The notes beneath the pieces were generated by a model, which saw only the letters and a program-made list of their open reading frames with translations, did not search any database and was not told where the DNA came from. A stretch of DNA of 64,000 nucleotides from a virus (Duplodnaviria; Caudoviricetes), in the IMG/VR virus record IMGVR_UViG_3300029955_000001; one strand, 5' to 3'. Shown here one piece after another: positions 7,548 through 17,970 of the stretch (positions are counted from its first letter, which is position 1; each line of letters begins with the position of its first letter). Both the position numbers and the translations under genes were made by a program.

Positions 7548-10118
7548 TTAAGTGGTTATACTAAGATACTGGGATAAACTAAACGCATCTTTCATATACA
7601 GTTGGATAACCATGTTAACAAATTTGTATATGTAAAGATTAACATCAATCACAATATTCAAGTTATGTGGTTCAATAATTACGTAGTTCGGATCTGGTTT
7701 CAAATTTGATTGAGTGGGATCGAAATCTAATAGGTATTCGTACGGTTGGCAAATGTTTAATACGTCTTGCGTGCTGTATGTTTGTTGAATAATTGGATTG
7801 TCTATAACCCCATTAATTAGGTCATAAATAATCTTACATACAAACGGGCTATATACACGATACAGCGCAGGAATTGTGTTTGGCGTAGTAAATGTAGGCT
7901 CAGGTAGTTTCAATGTCATATAGTTCGATACATTCGTATCAATAACTCGTGACTTAGCAAGTAATGTATACGTGTCATCAGGCACTGTATTTAACAAAGG
8001 AACTATCATCTGTCGAATTAAATACGGTCTTCCGTTCTGAGCATTTGGAACAGATACACCACTATTATCTTCTGAGAATAATACTTTAGTCTTGTCTAGT
8101 ACTTTTCCATCGACCACAATACGAATGACTTGATCATCGCGAATGTCGTAACGTGTATTTTCAGACAATAGCTCATGGTCAATATAACCACTATCCGTAG
8201 ATAAAGTCCTAATTAAATCAGTATTACAGAAACCAGTAAAACGAACATCTACGTGTTGTGTTTGTGTTGTTGGGTTAATTAAAAATTCTTTATTAACAAT
8301 AACAACTCGTGGAAATTTAACGTAATAGTCCAAATTCTCAATTAAAGATTGTCCATTTAGAAATATATCTAACTCGCCCATTGGTATTAACATATTGCCC
8401 AAGGCCGATGTTTCTTTGTTTATTTGCACGGAAGTTAGATTAAATATAATCAAACCATCAACCGGCGTGTAATTAAAATCATACGCTAAGAACGTTTTAT
8501 TACTACGTACTAATGTATAATTTTGAGTCATATCAACTAACCAAGTAAGCTGGCCGTTAATGATAACGTATTTTGAACTACCAGTAACATCAGTCCATAC
8601 ATACGTAGGTGTTCCAGAATCAATAGGACAAACGTACATTCTGTAGTCTAGACTTGGATCAATCGTCTGTGTAATTATGCCGTATATTTCGTCAAGAGTT
8701 TGTGTGCCTTGTCCATAGATCATTTCAACAAGATTCGTATTTGAATTAACAGCAGTATAGGTATCACCTGTTGTGTTGTTATAATAACCTAATAAAACAC
8801 CATTGACATCGTACTCGTAAGCAAATGAACTGTTTATTAAACCTGGTGGTGTATTTACAATAAGTTTGTTTGAGTACGGCGTAACAAACGAGGGCGTGTC
8901 GCCAAGTAGTTTACTTAAAGCGTTATAACCAAACGCATCTTGAGCCATTGTCAATGTTATATTGCGTAGATCACTACGCATGATTTCTGTATACGGAGAT
9001 GCTTCAAGTGTAGGGGCTTGCCAATTAGGCACTGTTGCGTTAAGCCCGACCATAGCAGCTATTACATCACTATCTGTCATTTTATAAAGTTCTTTAATGC
9101 GGTTATTTTCAAACGGTAATGTTCTCGTATAACCGGACTTACGAACGTTCATCCTAATAACCAAGGCATTTGGATTTGTCCATGTTGGTTGACTATTTGC
9201 ATAACCTACCACGTACGCAACAGGAATAGAGTAGTCTTTATGCGTTAGCATTCTAACCGCATCTACTTGGTTCTTGTGGTAATATAGACCCGTATAACGT
9301 CCGCTAGTACTTGGCATAGTTAAAAAGAAATCTATATCACCTTGATATTCAATGCCTTCTGAATTATCCTCACCAGCATAATGTAGTAAGTATTTAAACT
9401 TATTATCAAGTGTACTAGTGAAAGATAACAAATCACTAATATTAAACGTTATTGTTTTATAAATAGAACTATCGTAAACAAACTCAGCTACGTCTCCAGG
9501 TTGCGTGCTAATCAAATCAATGCTTGACGTTAGCATGCCGTTTACAAATGCATATGTCGTACCAGGCAATAACAACGATGCGTTGTATAAATTCTGTAGA
9601 GCGATTATATTAGCAGTTGTCACCATTGTTCCGCCTTGTACATTAACAGTACTTACTACTTCTTCCGCAGCAGGTGTTTGAAAATAAGCGTTAGTGTACA
9701 AACGAATATATAAATTTGGACTATCAAAATGCGTTGGTATTGTTGGTTGTTGTTTTACAGCGACAATATAATCTTTATCTTTCGTTACCATGTACCATAC
9801 TTGGGTACGTGGGTACTGAACACCGTTAATATCGTAAATATCAACAATCATTTTTTTAGTATTGCAAGCTTGTGAGAACGATATCCATTGTTCCCGTGCA
9901 TCTAGTAAACCTAATAACTTTGGACTTATTTGTCCTACCATGTAAATATGAAATACTGGTCCTTGTTCTGGCAGTGTAATTGTTCTCCATGGTAAAGAGA
10001 ATGTATTCCATACACCACCATTAGCTGTTAATCTGGCTGGTTGAGTGATCGACTGCAAATCAGCATTAGGCGCGCACCACATACTTTCTAATGCATTCTC
10101 TATGAAGAAACTGAACAT
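7548..10118 (-). CDS. Virion structural protein (phiKZ gp27-like, baseplate)
   Basis: 856 aa; N-terminal WCAP motif; synteny. Confidence 0.65.
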   Translation of the reverse strand: MFSFFIENALESMWCAPNADLQSITQPARLTANGGVWNTFSLPWRTITLPEQGPVFHIYMVGQISPKLLGLLDAREQWISFSQACNTKKMIVDIYDINGVQYPRTQVWYMVTKDKDYIVAVKQQPTIPTHFDSPNLYIRLYTNAYFQTPAAEEVVSTVNVQGGTMVTTANIIALQNLYNASLLLPGTTYAFVNGMLTSSIDLISTQPGDVAEFVYDSSIYKTITFNISDLLSFTSTLDNKFKYLLHYAGEDNSEGIEYQGDIDFFLTMPSTSGRYTGLYYHKNQVDAVRMLTHKDYSIPVAYVVGYANSQPTWTNPNALVIRMNVRKSGYTRTLPFENNRIKELYKMTDSDVIAAMVGLNATVPNWQAPTLEASPYTEIMRSDLRNITLTMAQDAFGYNALSKLLGDTPSFVTPYSNKLIVNTPPGLINSSFAYEYDVNGVLLGYYNNTTGDTYTAVNSNTNLVEMIYGQGTQTLDEIYGIITQTIDPSLDYRMYVCPIDSGTPTYVWTDVTGSSKYVIINGQLTWLVDMTQNYTLVRSNKTFLAYDFNYTPVDGLIIFNLTSVQINKETSALGNMLIPMGELDIFLNGQSLIENLDYYVKFPRVVIVNKEFLINPTTQTQHVDVRFTGFCNTDLIRTLSTDSGYIDHELLSENTRYDIRDDQVIRIVVDGKVLDKTKVLFSEDNSGVSVPNAQNGRPYLIRQMIVPLLNTVPDDTYTLLAKSRVIDTNVSNYMTLKLPEPTFTTPNTIPALYRVYSPFVCKIIYDLINGVIDNPIIQQTYSTQDVLNICQPYEYLLDFDPTQSNLKPDPNYVIIEPHNLNIVIDVNLYIYKFVNMVIQLYMKDAFSLSQYLSITT

Positions 10119-10170
10119 GACCGTCCTTAAAGAAAAAAATACTATCCTATTTTGTAGGATAGTATCGAAG

Positions 10171-11103
10171 TTAATACTCGTTGGAATTCAGAAGCGCGAG
10201 AACTGGGCGCAGGATGTCAGTAGGCGCATCTTTTCCCTGACGTTCTATCAACCGCGCAATGCCAGAGTTCTTGAACATTCTTTCAGTGCATGCTGCCATC
10301 AGAATAGCAATCCATGTTGGAGGGTGCTCTAACGCAACACTTACTAATTCTTTTGCGTTACTGGACCAGCTGCTACCCATGATTGAAAATAACAAACCGA
10401 CATTGAGTTCTCTCAAACGAATACTGCCGGTTATTTCTTCTGCCATTAAACAGTAGCTAGTAACACTAGGTACAACATCGACTTTATCTAAAATAACCAA
10501 AACATCTTGTGCTTTTATTCTTAATGTTGTGGAGATCGCATTAACTAAACGTAGTTTTTCACGTTCTTCCAATATGTCACTACTTGTTCTATCTGTAAAT
10601 TGCGACATATAGAAAATAGCCGTGAAAATTGCTAAGTTCATTTGTTCACGCGGATCAAGAGCAAAACGGCGACTAACTGCCTCACTTACCCAACTAGCAA
10701 ATATCGATAAAGGTAGTTTCGATATGTCTCTAATAAGATTTGGATTTTGTCGTATCCATATATCGTTTAATTTAGCACGATAAGTATGAAGCTTGTAATC
10801 GATTTGATTGCGAATTTTAAAACCTGCTTGAGCAGTATCATAAGTTCCAAATGGTCGTAAATCAATAACTAGTTGCTGTGCTTTTGCAGGATTCGTTATT
10901 AATATAGGATGAGCAAAAGCTGGTATTTGACCAATATCATTTTCAACTGTAAGGATACAATTCACTGGACCATTAGTTGCGCCAGGTGCATCCAAGCTAG
11001 AAAGCCGGCCAGATACATACGCCCTTTCAATAGAGTCAACTATTTTCTTTAACACGAACCCCATACACGCATGGGTGTCATAGGCAGTTTTACAGATAGT
11101 CAT
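10171..11103 (-). CDS. Virion structural protein (phiKZ gp28-like)
   Basis: 310 aa; divergent from the sheath gene; synteny. Confidence 0.6.
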   Translation of the reverse strand: MTICKTAYDTHACMGFVLKKIVDSIERAYVSGRLSSLDAPGATNGPVNCILTVENDIGQIPAFAHPILITNPAKAQQLVIDLRPFGTYDTAQAGFKIRNQIDYKLHTYRAKLNDIWIRQNPNLIRDISKLPLSIFASWVSEAVSRRFALDPREQMNLAIFTAIFYMSQFTDRTSSDILEEREKLRLVNAISTTLRIKAQDVLVILDKVDVVPSVTSYCLMAEEITGSIRLRELNVGLLFSIMGSSWSSNAKELVSVALEHPPTWIAILMAACTERMFKNSGIARLIERQGKDAPTDILRPVLALLNSNEY

Positions 11104-11323
11104 TTTGTATTATCCTAATAATGTGCCTAATGGCATTAATGAAAAAACGTAATTGATCGAAAAACAGCGATTATTCTATGTTGATCACTTTGCGTAACAA
11201 TAATACATAATAAAGGTGTTCGCATTTTATTCTAGAATTATTATGATCTAACATCTATCTTCAAGAACTAAAGTGTCTTACCGAAACCATACCATTCATC
11301 ATCCATTGTGCTAGGAACGAAAA

Positions 11324-13660
11324 ATGTCTTCTTCAACAATCGTCAATGCCGCACCAATGACCATTTTCCAAGGTATTCAGGATCTGAGTACCCGGCCAGT
11401 GGCTGTTGTTCCGGAAGTGCTCCCAACGCACTTACCAAAAGTTTATCTCTATACTAAACAGGGTCCAACTGACCCACAACTAGTAGTCGGTTCTAGTCTC
11501 ACTAACATGTATGATGTTAATAGTTTTGACTTGACACAAAAGTGGGCTACGCATGCAACTGTTTTGGCTAACACGATTAATGCCCAAGGTAATTCCTTGA
11601 TGGTGGAACGACTTGAACCACTTGATGCCGCTCCGCCAGCTAATGTTCGTGTATACATGGATATATTGCCAGCTACTATTCCGAACTACACACGTAATTC
11701 TGATGGCAGTATTGCTGTTGATTCAAGCGGTAATAAAATTGCTTCCGGCACTGGCATTGCTGGTTACCAAGTAAAATTTGTTGCTGTGCAAATTCCTGTC
11801 ACTATCACTTCAAACAATAGTAACGAAACGATAACTGGCGAATTTAAATCTCTTGGTGCTTGGGATGCTAACGCTAATAACCCAGTATTAACTAGCACTG
11901 GAACAGCTGGAACTTATTACACAGTAACGACCGCTGGTAATACAGCGATTGCTGGTGTGGCTGCGTCAGTTGTACCAGGTTCATATGGTTGGAATGTTGG
12001 TGATATTATTGTTTTCGATAGCACTGGTGCCGGTAGCCAAATTACCGACGCAACAGTCACGACTAATTTTGGACAAGCAACTCAAACTGTTGGTGATCAA
12101 ACAGTCGGTTTAGTTCAATCTATTCGTTATCCGTTCTTCGATGCAGTTATAAGTAACTTCGGTGAATACGGTAATAACCAAGGTTTAGTCTTGTGGGCAC
12201 CAACCACTAACTCCAGTCCTTCTATTGATCCTAGTCTGTTGGATCAGTTTGTGTATCCGTTACGTATGGCGTGTGTGTCGCGTGCTGATTCATTGAGCAC
12301 TTCGACGGTAACACCAACGTTAGACGCAATGCAATACGTTGATTGCTGCTTAAAACCAAATACACGTTTGTCGACTACGACACAACAAATGTATATTGGC
12401 GATGTATTTATTAACGCGTATCAGAGTATTCTTGATCCAAGTTCTCCACCACAGTACGGACCATTTGGTCAGTTTAAATTGTACGATGCTGAAATTTTGA
12501 CATGCTTAAACATGTTCTACGCAGCAGAACAACCGTATATTTCGACTAATGCATTTACTGATTTTACCGGTGTCGCCAACGAGCAATATCGTTTTAATAT
12601 CCTTGGTGGTGCTTCGTCAGCTGGCGTTCCGTACTTCTCGTATCAGGTAGTAACTGGCGCTTCTAATAGCACTGTGTTTACTCAAAATTCGAACTTGTAC
12701 GCATGTGGTGGTGACGACGGTACAATGAATGAAGAATTGTTTGCTACGCTAGTTGCAACAGCAATTTCCGAATACGCTGACCCAAACAGTGTGTTGCAGG
12801 ACATAGCGCGCTATCCAGAATCGATCTTCTATGACTCTGGGTTCCCAATCGCTACTAAGAAAGCAATTACCAGCTTTATAGCGATTCGTAAAGATACCGC
12901 AATTGTTCTATCGACGCACGATGTTCTGCTGCCACAATTGACAGCTGCGCAAGAATCTTCACTAGCTTTAGCATTGCTGTCCTACTGTCAGATGTATCCG
13001 GAATCGGATTACTATGGTACTAATACTGTTCGTGCAATGATCATTGGTCGTTCTGGTACATTCTTGAATAGTTTATATAGTAAGCCATTGCCGTTGACAA
13101 TTGAAATTGCTTACAAAGCAGCGCAGTATATGGGCGCAGGAAATGGTATTTGGAAACCTGGTTTCAGTTTCGATATGGCACCGTTGAGTCAAGTGCAGTT
13201 GTTCATTAACGTGAACGTGACTTTTACGCCAGCTACTGTTCGAAATACAGACTGGAGTAATGGTTTAAATTGGGTTGAGTCATTCCAACGTCGTACGCTA
13301 TACTTCCCAGCATTGAAGACTGTTTACGCTAATGATACAGCAGTGCTGACTAGCTTTTTCACAATGATGGCTTGTGTTGAATTGGAAAAAGTTGGTGATC
13401 GTTGCCGTCGTCAATTCTCTGGTGAGTCTTCGTTAACAGATACACAATTGATCGAGCGCGTTAATCAATTCGTAATAGATGCCACTACCGGACGTTTTGA
13501 TGGTCGTTTCACTATTATCCCGAGAGCTTACATTAGTGCGTCAGATAGCCAACGCGGATATAGCTGGACGCTTCCTATCGACATATACGCGCCAAATATG
13601 AAAACGGTGATGACTCTCTCTATTGTTAGTTATAGAATCAGTGATTTAACAACGTCTTAA
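11324..13660 (+). CDS. Contractile tail sheath protein (phiKZ gp29-like) with an inserted domain
   Basis: N-terminal QGIQDLS...PTHLP motif, GGDDGT, YDSGFP, C-terminal sheath domain; followed by tube gene; 778 aa. Confidence 0.88.
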   Translation: MSSSTIVNAAPMTIFQGIQDLSTRPVAVVPEVLPTHLPKVYLYTKQGPTDPQLVVGSSLTNMYDVNSFDLTQKWATHATVLANTINAQGNSLMVERLEPLDAAPPANVRVYMDILPATIPNYTRNSDGSIAVDSSGNKIASGTGIAGYQVKFVAVQIPVTITSNNSNETITGEFKSLGAWDANANNPVLTSTGTAGTYYTVTTAGNTAIAGVAASVVPGSYGWNVGDIIVFDSTGAGSQITDATVTTNFGQATQTVGDQTVGLVQSIRYPFFDAVISNFGEYGNNQGLVLWAPTTNSSPSIDPSLLDQFVYPLRMACVSRADSLSTSTVTPTLDAMQYVDCCLKPNTRLSTTTQQMYIGDVFINAYQSILDPSSPPQYGPFGQFKLYDAEILTCLNMFYAAEQPYISTNAFTDFTGVANEQYRFNILGGASSAGVPYFSYQVVTGASNSTVFTQNSNLYACGGDDGTMNEELFATLVATAISEYADPNSVLQDIARYPESIFYDSGFPIATKKAITSFIAIRKDTAIVLSTHDVLLPQLTAAQESSLALALLSYCQMYPESDYYGTNTVRAMIIGRSGTFLNSLYSKPLPLTIEIAYKAAQYMGAGNGIWKPGFSFDMAPLSQVQLFINVNVTFTPATVRNTDWSNGLNWVESFQRRTLYFPALKTVYANDTAVLTSFFTMMACVELEKVGDRCRRQFSGESSLTDTQLIERVNQFVIDATTGRFDGRFTIIPRAYISASDSQRGYSWTLPIDIYAPNMKTVMTLSIVSYRISDLTTS

Positions 13661-13749
13661 CAAGACAAAAAAATTAGTTATACACACATAGGGAATTAAC
13701 TTTCCTATGTGTGTTACTTTTAACTACCTTTCATTTAGAGAGAATACAC

Positions 13750-14613
13750 ATGGCACGCTTAGCTAATGCAATTTTGAAACCAGGCACAGCTTTCGATGCC
13801 GGACATAATAGTCCGATGATCGATTTGCAAAACGGCGGTCAGATGGGGTACGCTCCAGACTTAGCTGGCTGGGTAAGTAACCAAGCTTACGTTCGTCGTA
13901 ATTTGATTTGTTTGTTAGTAGAAGCTCCAATTGGATTTAACTACTTGTTAAATCCAAATTACTGGATAGGCACCTTACGTGCGTTGGTAGAGCTGCATCC
14001 TTTATCCATCGATGGTCTGAATGCCAGTCTAACAGTTGACAAAGCAGAAACGCCAGTAGGTGGCGGTGGACAAATGCAGGAAGACTTTACAGATGTTAAG
14101 GAAGAACGTTCTAACGTTGTTTTCCGCTGGGGTGAAAAGTACGGTATGCCTGTTGCATCGTTCCTTCGTGGTTGGATTACCAACTTGATGATGGACCCAA
14201 ATACAAAGTATCCTAACATCGCTACTTTGGCTGTAAAACCTAGTGACATGCTGGCTGATATGTATTCGGCTACCATGATTTTCATTGAACCAGATCCAAC
14301 ACACACCACAGTGATGAAATCTTGGTTGGTAACAAACATGTGGCCTATCGGCACAGGTGAAGTTACTGGTAAACGTGATTTAACAACACAGGGTGACACG
14401 CCTACGTACGACGTGAATTTCTCTGGGATTGCGCAGTATAGTTTGGGTGTTGATGCATTCGCTCAGCAGTTGTTAGACGGTATCAATATTACTGGCGCTA
14501 ACCCACAACTGCGTCAAGCGTTTGTACAATCGATCACTGCTGATATATTGGCAACAAGTGCGTCTTACACAGCTGAAGCAGCTGCTGTTGGTGCACAAGC
14601 AATTAAGGTTTAA
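13750..14613 (+). CDS. Tail tube protein (phiKZ gp30-like)
   Basis: Directly after sheath; GGQMGY, YVRRNLIC, EKYG, NMWP motifs; ATG 13750 preferred over the track start 13711. Confidence 0.85.
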   Translation: MARLANAILKPGTAFDAGHNSPMIDLQNGGQMGYAPDLAGWVSNQAYVRRNLICLLVEAPIGFNYLLNPNYWIGTLRALVELHPLSIDGLNASLTVDKAETPVGGGGQMQEDFTDVKEERSNVVFRWGEKYGMPVASFLRGWITNLMMDPNTKYPNIATLAVKPSDMLADMYSATMIFIEPDPTHTTVMKSWLVTNMWPIGTGEVTGKRDLTTQGDTPTYDVNFSGIAQYSLGVDAFAQQLLDGINITGANPQLRQAFVQSITADILATSASYTAEAAAVGAQAIKV

Positions 14614-14623
14614 AATACTAAGC

Positions 14624-14667
14624 CGGAATAATAGAGAGACAGGTCAAAAGCCTGTCTCTCTATGCCG
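14624..14667. terminator. Bidirectional hairpin terminator with CGGAATA / TATGCCG flanks
   Basis: 13-bp stem 14631-14643/14651-14663 between convergent genes. Confidence 0.75.
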
Positions 14668-14668
14668 T

Positions 14669-15220
14669 CTAAGTTTTTGTAAGATGTCGAATCCAATCAG
14701 TACGATACCAACTATCTTGACCATCATAATGTGTTCTTGTTTGTGTATCTTTAGATAATTTAGCCGAAGTTAAACAACTGTTCAAATGTTTTATTTCTGG
14801 TTCTGATAATAAATTCTTATCTAGGAACCAGCCTTCTTTCTTTTCTTCTTTGGCTTTCTTAGCTTCCCATAAAACTTTTACTATAGGCCGCCAACAGAGA
14901 ATATCTGTACTCCAATATGCGTCATCATTAATTTTCTTTTCCGCATCATCACTCCAAACGATTTCGCCAATAGAATTAGATGTTACTATTCCACAGATAG
15001 AAATTCTATTTACAGTAAAACTACTATATTCAACTCTATCAGATGGTTTATTTTGTTTGAATTGAGGACGATCTTTCATTGCTATTGCAGCAACTTCTTC
15101 TGGTGTTTTAACACATACACCGTCGTCAGTATATGCTAACCAAAGTATATTAGCGTAATCTGCGTTTGATATACCAGCATCCATTACACGTTTGATCCAT
15201 TCTTCTTGAGTTAGGTTCAT
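14669..15220 (-). CDS. Hypothetical protein, paralog of 15250..15648
   Basis: Shared GEIVWSDDAE..INDD..W...W.PI.K.LWE.KK.KEEKK.GWFL block; ATG 15220 follows an AGGAG RBS. Confidence 0.7.
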   Translation of the reverse strand: MNLTQEEWIKRVMDAGISNADYANILWLAYTDDGVCVKTPEEVAAIAMKDRPQFKQNKPSDRVEYSSFTVNRISICGIVTSNSIGEIVWSDDAEKKINDDAYWSTDILCWRPIVKVLWEAKKAKEEKKEGWFLDKNLLSEPEIKHLNSCLTSAKLSKDTQTRTHYDGQDSWYRTDWIRHLTKT

Positions 15221-15225
15221 TTTTG

Positions 15226-15253
15226 TTAATTCTCCTTTAAGATTCACATCTAT
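15226..15253. repeat. 28-nt direct repeat, copy 1
   Basis: TTAATTCTCCTTTAAGATTCACATCTAT; 27/28 identical to 15652-15679. Confidence 0.85.
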
Positions 15254-15648
15254 ACTTCTTTTAAATCTTTAATCCAGTTACCTGAAGACATTAAAACCTC
15301 GCCAGCGCAATCTGACTTTACTTGAACTGAGCGTCGTGACATTTGTGCTGCGCTGATACAATTAACTATCTCATTAACTTTCGCTGCTGATAAAGATTCC
15401 GAGCTTAAGAACCATCCTTTTTTCTTTTCTTCTTTTAGCTTCTTTAATTCCCATAGAGCTTTCAGAATAGGTTGCCAGTAAGCTATGTGTTCTGCATTAT
15501 TCCAATGTTCGTCATCATTAATTAATTCTTCAGCATTATCAGCCCAGATAAATTCACCACTAGAACTAACACTAACAATAAAACCACCGGCAGCAGATAT
15601 CTGTAAAGTATTTGCTATAAAATCGCTCATTTCAACTGTAAAGCTCAT
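15250..15648 (-). CDS. Hypothetical protein, paralog of 14669..15220
   Basis: 132 aa; clear pairwise similarity to the downstream ORF. Confidence 0.7.
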   Translation of the reverse strand: MSFTVEMSDFIANTLQISAAGGFIVSVSSSGEFIWADNAEELINDDEHWNNAEHIAYWQPILKALWELKKLKEEKKKGWFLSSESLSAAKVNEIVNCISAAQMSRRSVQVKSDCAGEVLMSSGNWIKDLKEV

Positions 15649-16024
15649 TTTTTAATTCTCCTTTTAGATTCACATCTATCTCTTCGCGATTCAGATATAG
15701 AGTCATTATGTTGCTAAATAAAATTCTATGGCAGAAGTCACCAGCTGGGCAGAAACATGTTATTGCTACATTTTCATATTCTTTTAACTTCATCCACAAT
15801 GCAGGATTCTGTCTTAAGGATAAACGCATTTTACTCATATAGCGCTGCGTATATTCTTCTTCATTAATTTGACCATTTTTATATTCCATTACATCTTTGT
15901 AGAATGGCGCAAAATGTTCGTTAATTTTATTTTTTGCTGTAATGTCAAGTATTTCAATACCCTGCGCTTTAGCCACCCTCCATGATGACATTTGCATTGT
16001 CCATACGTTTATTTGCTTGTTCAT
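15632..16024 (-). CDS. DUF488-like protein
   Basis: FAP...Y...Y...M...L.CFC....CHR pattern typical of DUF488-fold proteins. Confidence 0.55.
   Translation of the reverse strand: MNKQINVWTMQMSSWRVAKAQGIEILDITAKNKINEHFAPFYKDVMEYKNGQINEEEYTQRYMSKMRLSLRQNPALWMKLKEYENVAITCFCPAGDFCHRILFSNIMTLYLNREEIDVNLKGELKNELYS
15652..15679. repeat. 28-nt direct repeat, copy 2
   Basis: TTAATTCTCCTTTTAGATTCACATCTAT; overlaps the 3' end of the DUF488-like gene and contains the RBS of 15250..15648. Confidence 0.85.
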
Positions 16025-16589
16025 CTAAATGCAGTCCTTTAGACTTATATGTCGAGTACGTGTGGCTGATATTAAGCATATGTGTTTGTCTGTTTATTTC
16101 ATAAACAACTTTTGGCTCATCTGTTAATACAAAATTAGAAAGATTAAAATTTTTAATTTGTGCATCGTATCCGTTTTCTGATTTCTTATACACAGTAGTA
16201 AGATGTACAATTGTATTTGGTAACGTCAATGCTTCTTCGTATAATCTAACGCCTCCGGCAATAAACACTTTCCTTTGTTTTGCAATACCATCACACAGAA
16301 CAAGTGCGGTTTCTAAAAAAGGAACAAAACAAATACTGTTCCCCAGTTCAGGATCATATTTGTTTTTTGCTAATGTCTCCGATACTACAATCACTGTACG
16401 ACCCTCTAAAGGCGCTGGAAGCGATTCATAGGTGTTTCTACCCATGATAACTATGTTGCCCATAGTGAGCCGTTTAAAGCGGTTTAAATCGCCATTTAAA
16501 CGCCATGGGATAGTGTTCTTATATCCTATCTCACCTTCAGGCGTAGTGGCAAGAATAATTTCAATTTTTAGTTGTTTGAAATCGTACAT
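15969..16589 (-). CDS. folA: Dihydrofolate reductase
   Basis: IG..NTIPWRL.GDL.RFKRLT, VIMGRNTYESLP.PL.GR, FIAGG..LY motifs. Confidence 0.93.
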   Translation of the reverse strand: MYDFKQLKIEIILATTPEGEIGYKNTIPWRLNGDLNRFKRLTMGNIVIMGRNTYESLPAPLEGRTVIVVSETLAKNKYDPELGNSICFVPFLETALVLCDGIAKQRKVFIAGGVRLYEEALTLPNTIVHLTTVYKKSENGYDAQIKNFNLSNFVLTDEPKVVYEINRQTHMLNISHTYSTYKSKGLHLDEQANKRMDNANVIMEGG

Positions 16590-16641
16590 TTTAAAATCCT
16601 TTTTACGTAATAAATAGAGAGGTGTTTAGCCTCTCTATTTA

Positions 16642-16947
16642 TTAACTGGTTAGTCGTTGCATTGCTGTTGCTAAAGCATCCGCGTTAGCTTTACCTACAA
16701 TTGTAAATTTACTAATATCAAAATTAGCCCAACGCATATCACCTAGATCCGAAGCACAAATAAGTGGGCTTACTTGAATTACAATTGCGTAACCCCATGT
16801 TTTAAATTCACCTTCAGATACTCCAGGACTTTTTAAACTAGGTATAGCACCACCAGTGTTAGGGACTATAACACTACCTACAGCAAGAGGCTGCTCTGCC
16901 CATATTGGATCTGTGTCAGACCTCCACAGCACATTAATTAAAGCCAT
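16642..16947 (-). CDS. Hypothetical protein
   Basis: 101-aa ORF with AGGTG RBS, followed by a hairpin at about 16612-16640. Confidence 0.65.
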   Translation of the reverse strand: MALINVLWRSDTDPIWAEQPLAVGSVIVPNTGGAIPSLKSPGVSEGEFKTWGYAIVIQVSPLICASDLGDMRWANFDISKFTIVGKANADALATAMQRLTS

Positions 16948-17009
16948 TTTTATTCACCTTATTTTTAAATAAAAAAAAGAAGGAGAGTTTACTCTCCGTA
17001 TAGTGCATA

Positions 17010-17228
17010 TCATCCGCTAGTGTTAATAGCGTTATGCAGTCTTGTTTGTTCGTTGAACTGGCTTATTAATGTCGAAATAGGATTGTCTGGTAAATTCCTT
17101 ATTGCTTGTAATTCTCGAATTAAATGACCAGGTCCTGTTAGTGCCATTAGAACTTGTCCTAATGCTTCTGCGTCTACACTAAACTTCAGTACAGCTTCAT
17201 TATTTTTGTCTTCATCAGCCATGTTCAT
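17010..17228 (-). CDS. Hypothetical protein
   Basis: 72-aa ORF with AAGGA RBS, co-oriented with neighbours. Confidence 0.6.
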   Translation of the reverse strand: MNMADEDKNNEAVLKFSVDAEALGQVLMALTGPGHLIRELQAIRNLPDNPISTLISQFNEQTRLHNAINTSG

Positions 17229-17320
17229 ATCCTTTATGTAATAAATAAAAAAAGGAATATATCCCTAACCAAACTTAACGTCTGGTTAGGGATATTTATT
17301 GTCTTTAATGCTTATTATTT

Positions 17321-17806
17321 TTAGGAATTTGCAAGTGCTTTTGCAGCAGCAGCAGCAGCAATTTCTTTTACCTTCTTGAACTCGCCTTTGTTCTTCAACC
17401 CCTTTGATTCCCACTTGGCAGTCAGCAGGCCATAAGCGGTTGTCTTTGGACTATCCTTTACACCTGGTTGTGCTTGGACTTCAGCACTACGTACGAAATG
17501 AAAGCCGAGCGTATCTTTGCCGGTCAGAGGAATTTCAATCTTCGCGTCATCAATTGTCTTCTGTTTCTTCAAGACAGGAATAACCGACTCAGTGAATGCC
17601 AGCCCAGCAGCCGCAAGGAACATGGAGTTATGAGCGTTAATCTCTTGGATCGAATTAATTGTAATTGTTTCTGGCAATGTCCTTGCATAGATATCAGCTG
17701 CGATAGCAGTCGTACCTGTCTTTGCATCGACAGTAATTGCTTCTTTGATCAATTTGGCTAGATCGATTGTTTCTTGCTTTAATTCTGGCTTCTTATTTTC
17801 CGACAT
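17321..17806 (-). CDS. Hypothetical protein, possibly highly expressed
   Basis: 161 aa; AAGGA RBS; own downstream hairpin (about 17259-17296); noticeably more C/G-ending codons than neighbours. Confidence 0.7.
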   Translation of the reverse strand: MSENKKPELKQETIDLAKLIKEAITVDAKTGTTAIAADIYARTLPETITINSIQEINAHNSMFLAAAGLAFTESVIPVLKKQKTIDDAKIEIPLTGKDTLGFHFVRSAEVQAQPGVKDSPKTTAYGLLTAKWESKGLKNKGEFKKVKEIAAAAAAKALANS

Positions 17807-17970
17807 GATAGTATTTCCTTTTAATTAACTAAAGTATATTATTAAAACTACGTTAAACGTCGTTAGATCGACGTGTCTGATGTAATGCAAACGTATACGT
17901 ATTGACGCTCGCAATATCACTATTGTTATATGCTAACAATAGCCGATGAGACTCAGACAAATCCATCTAT

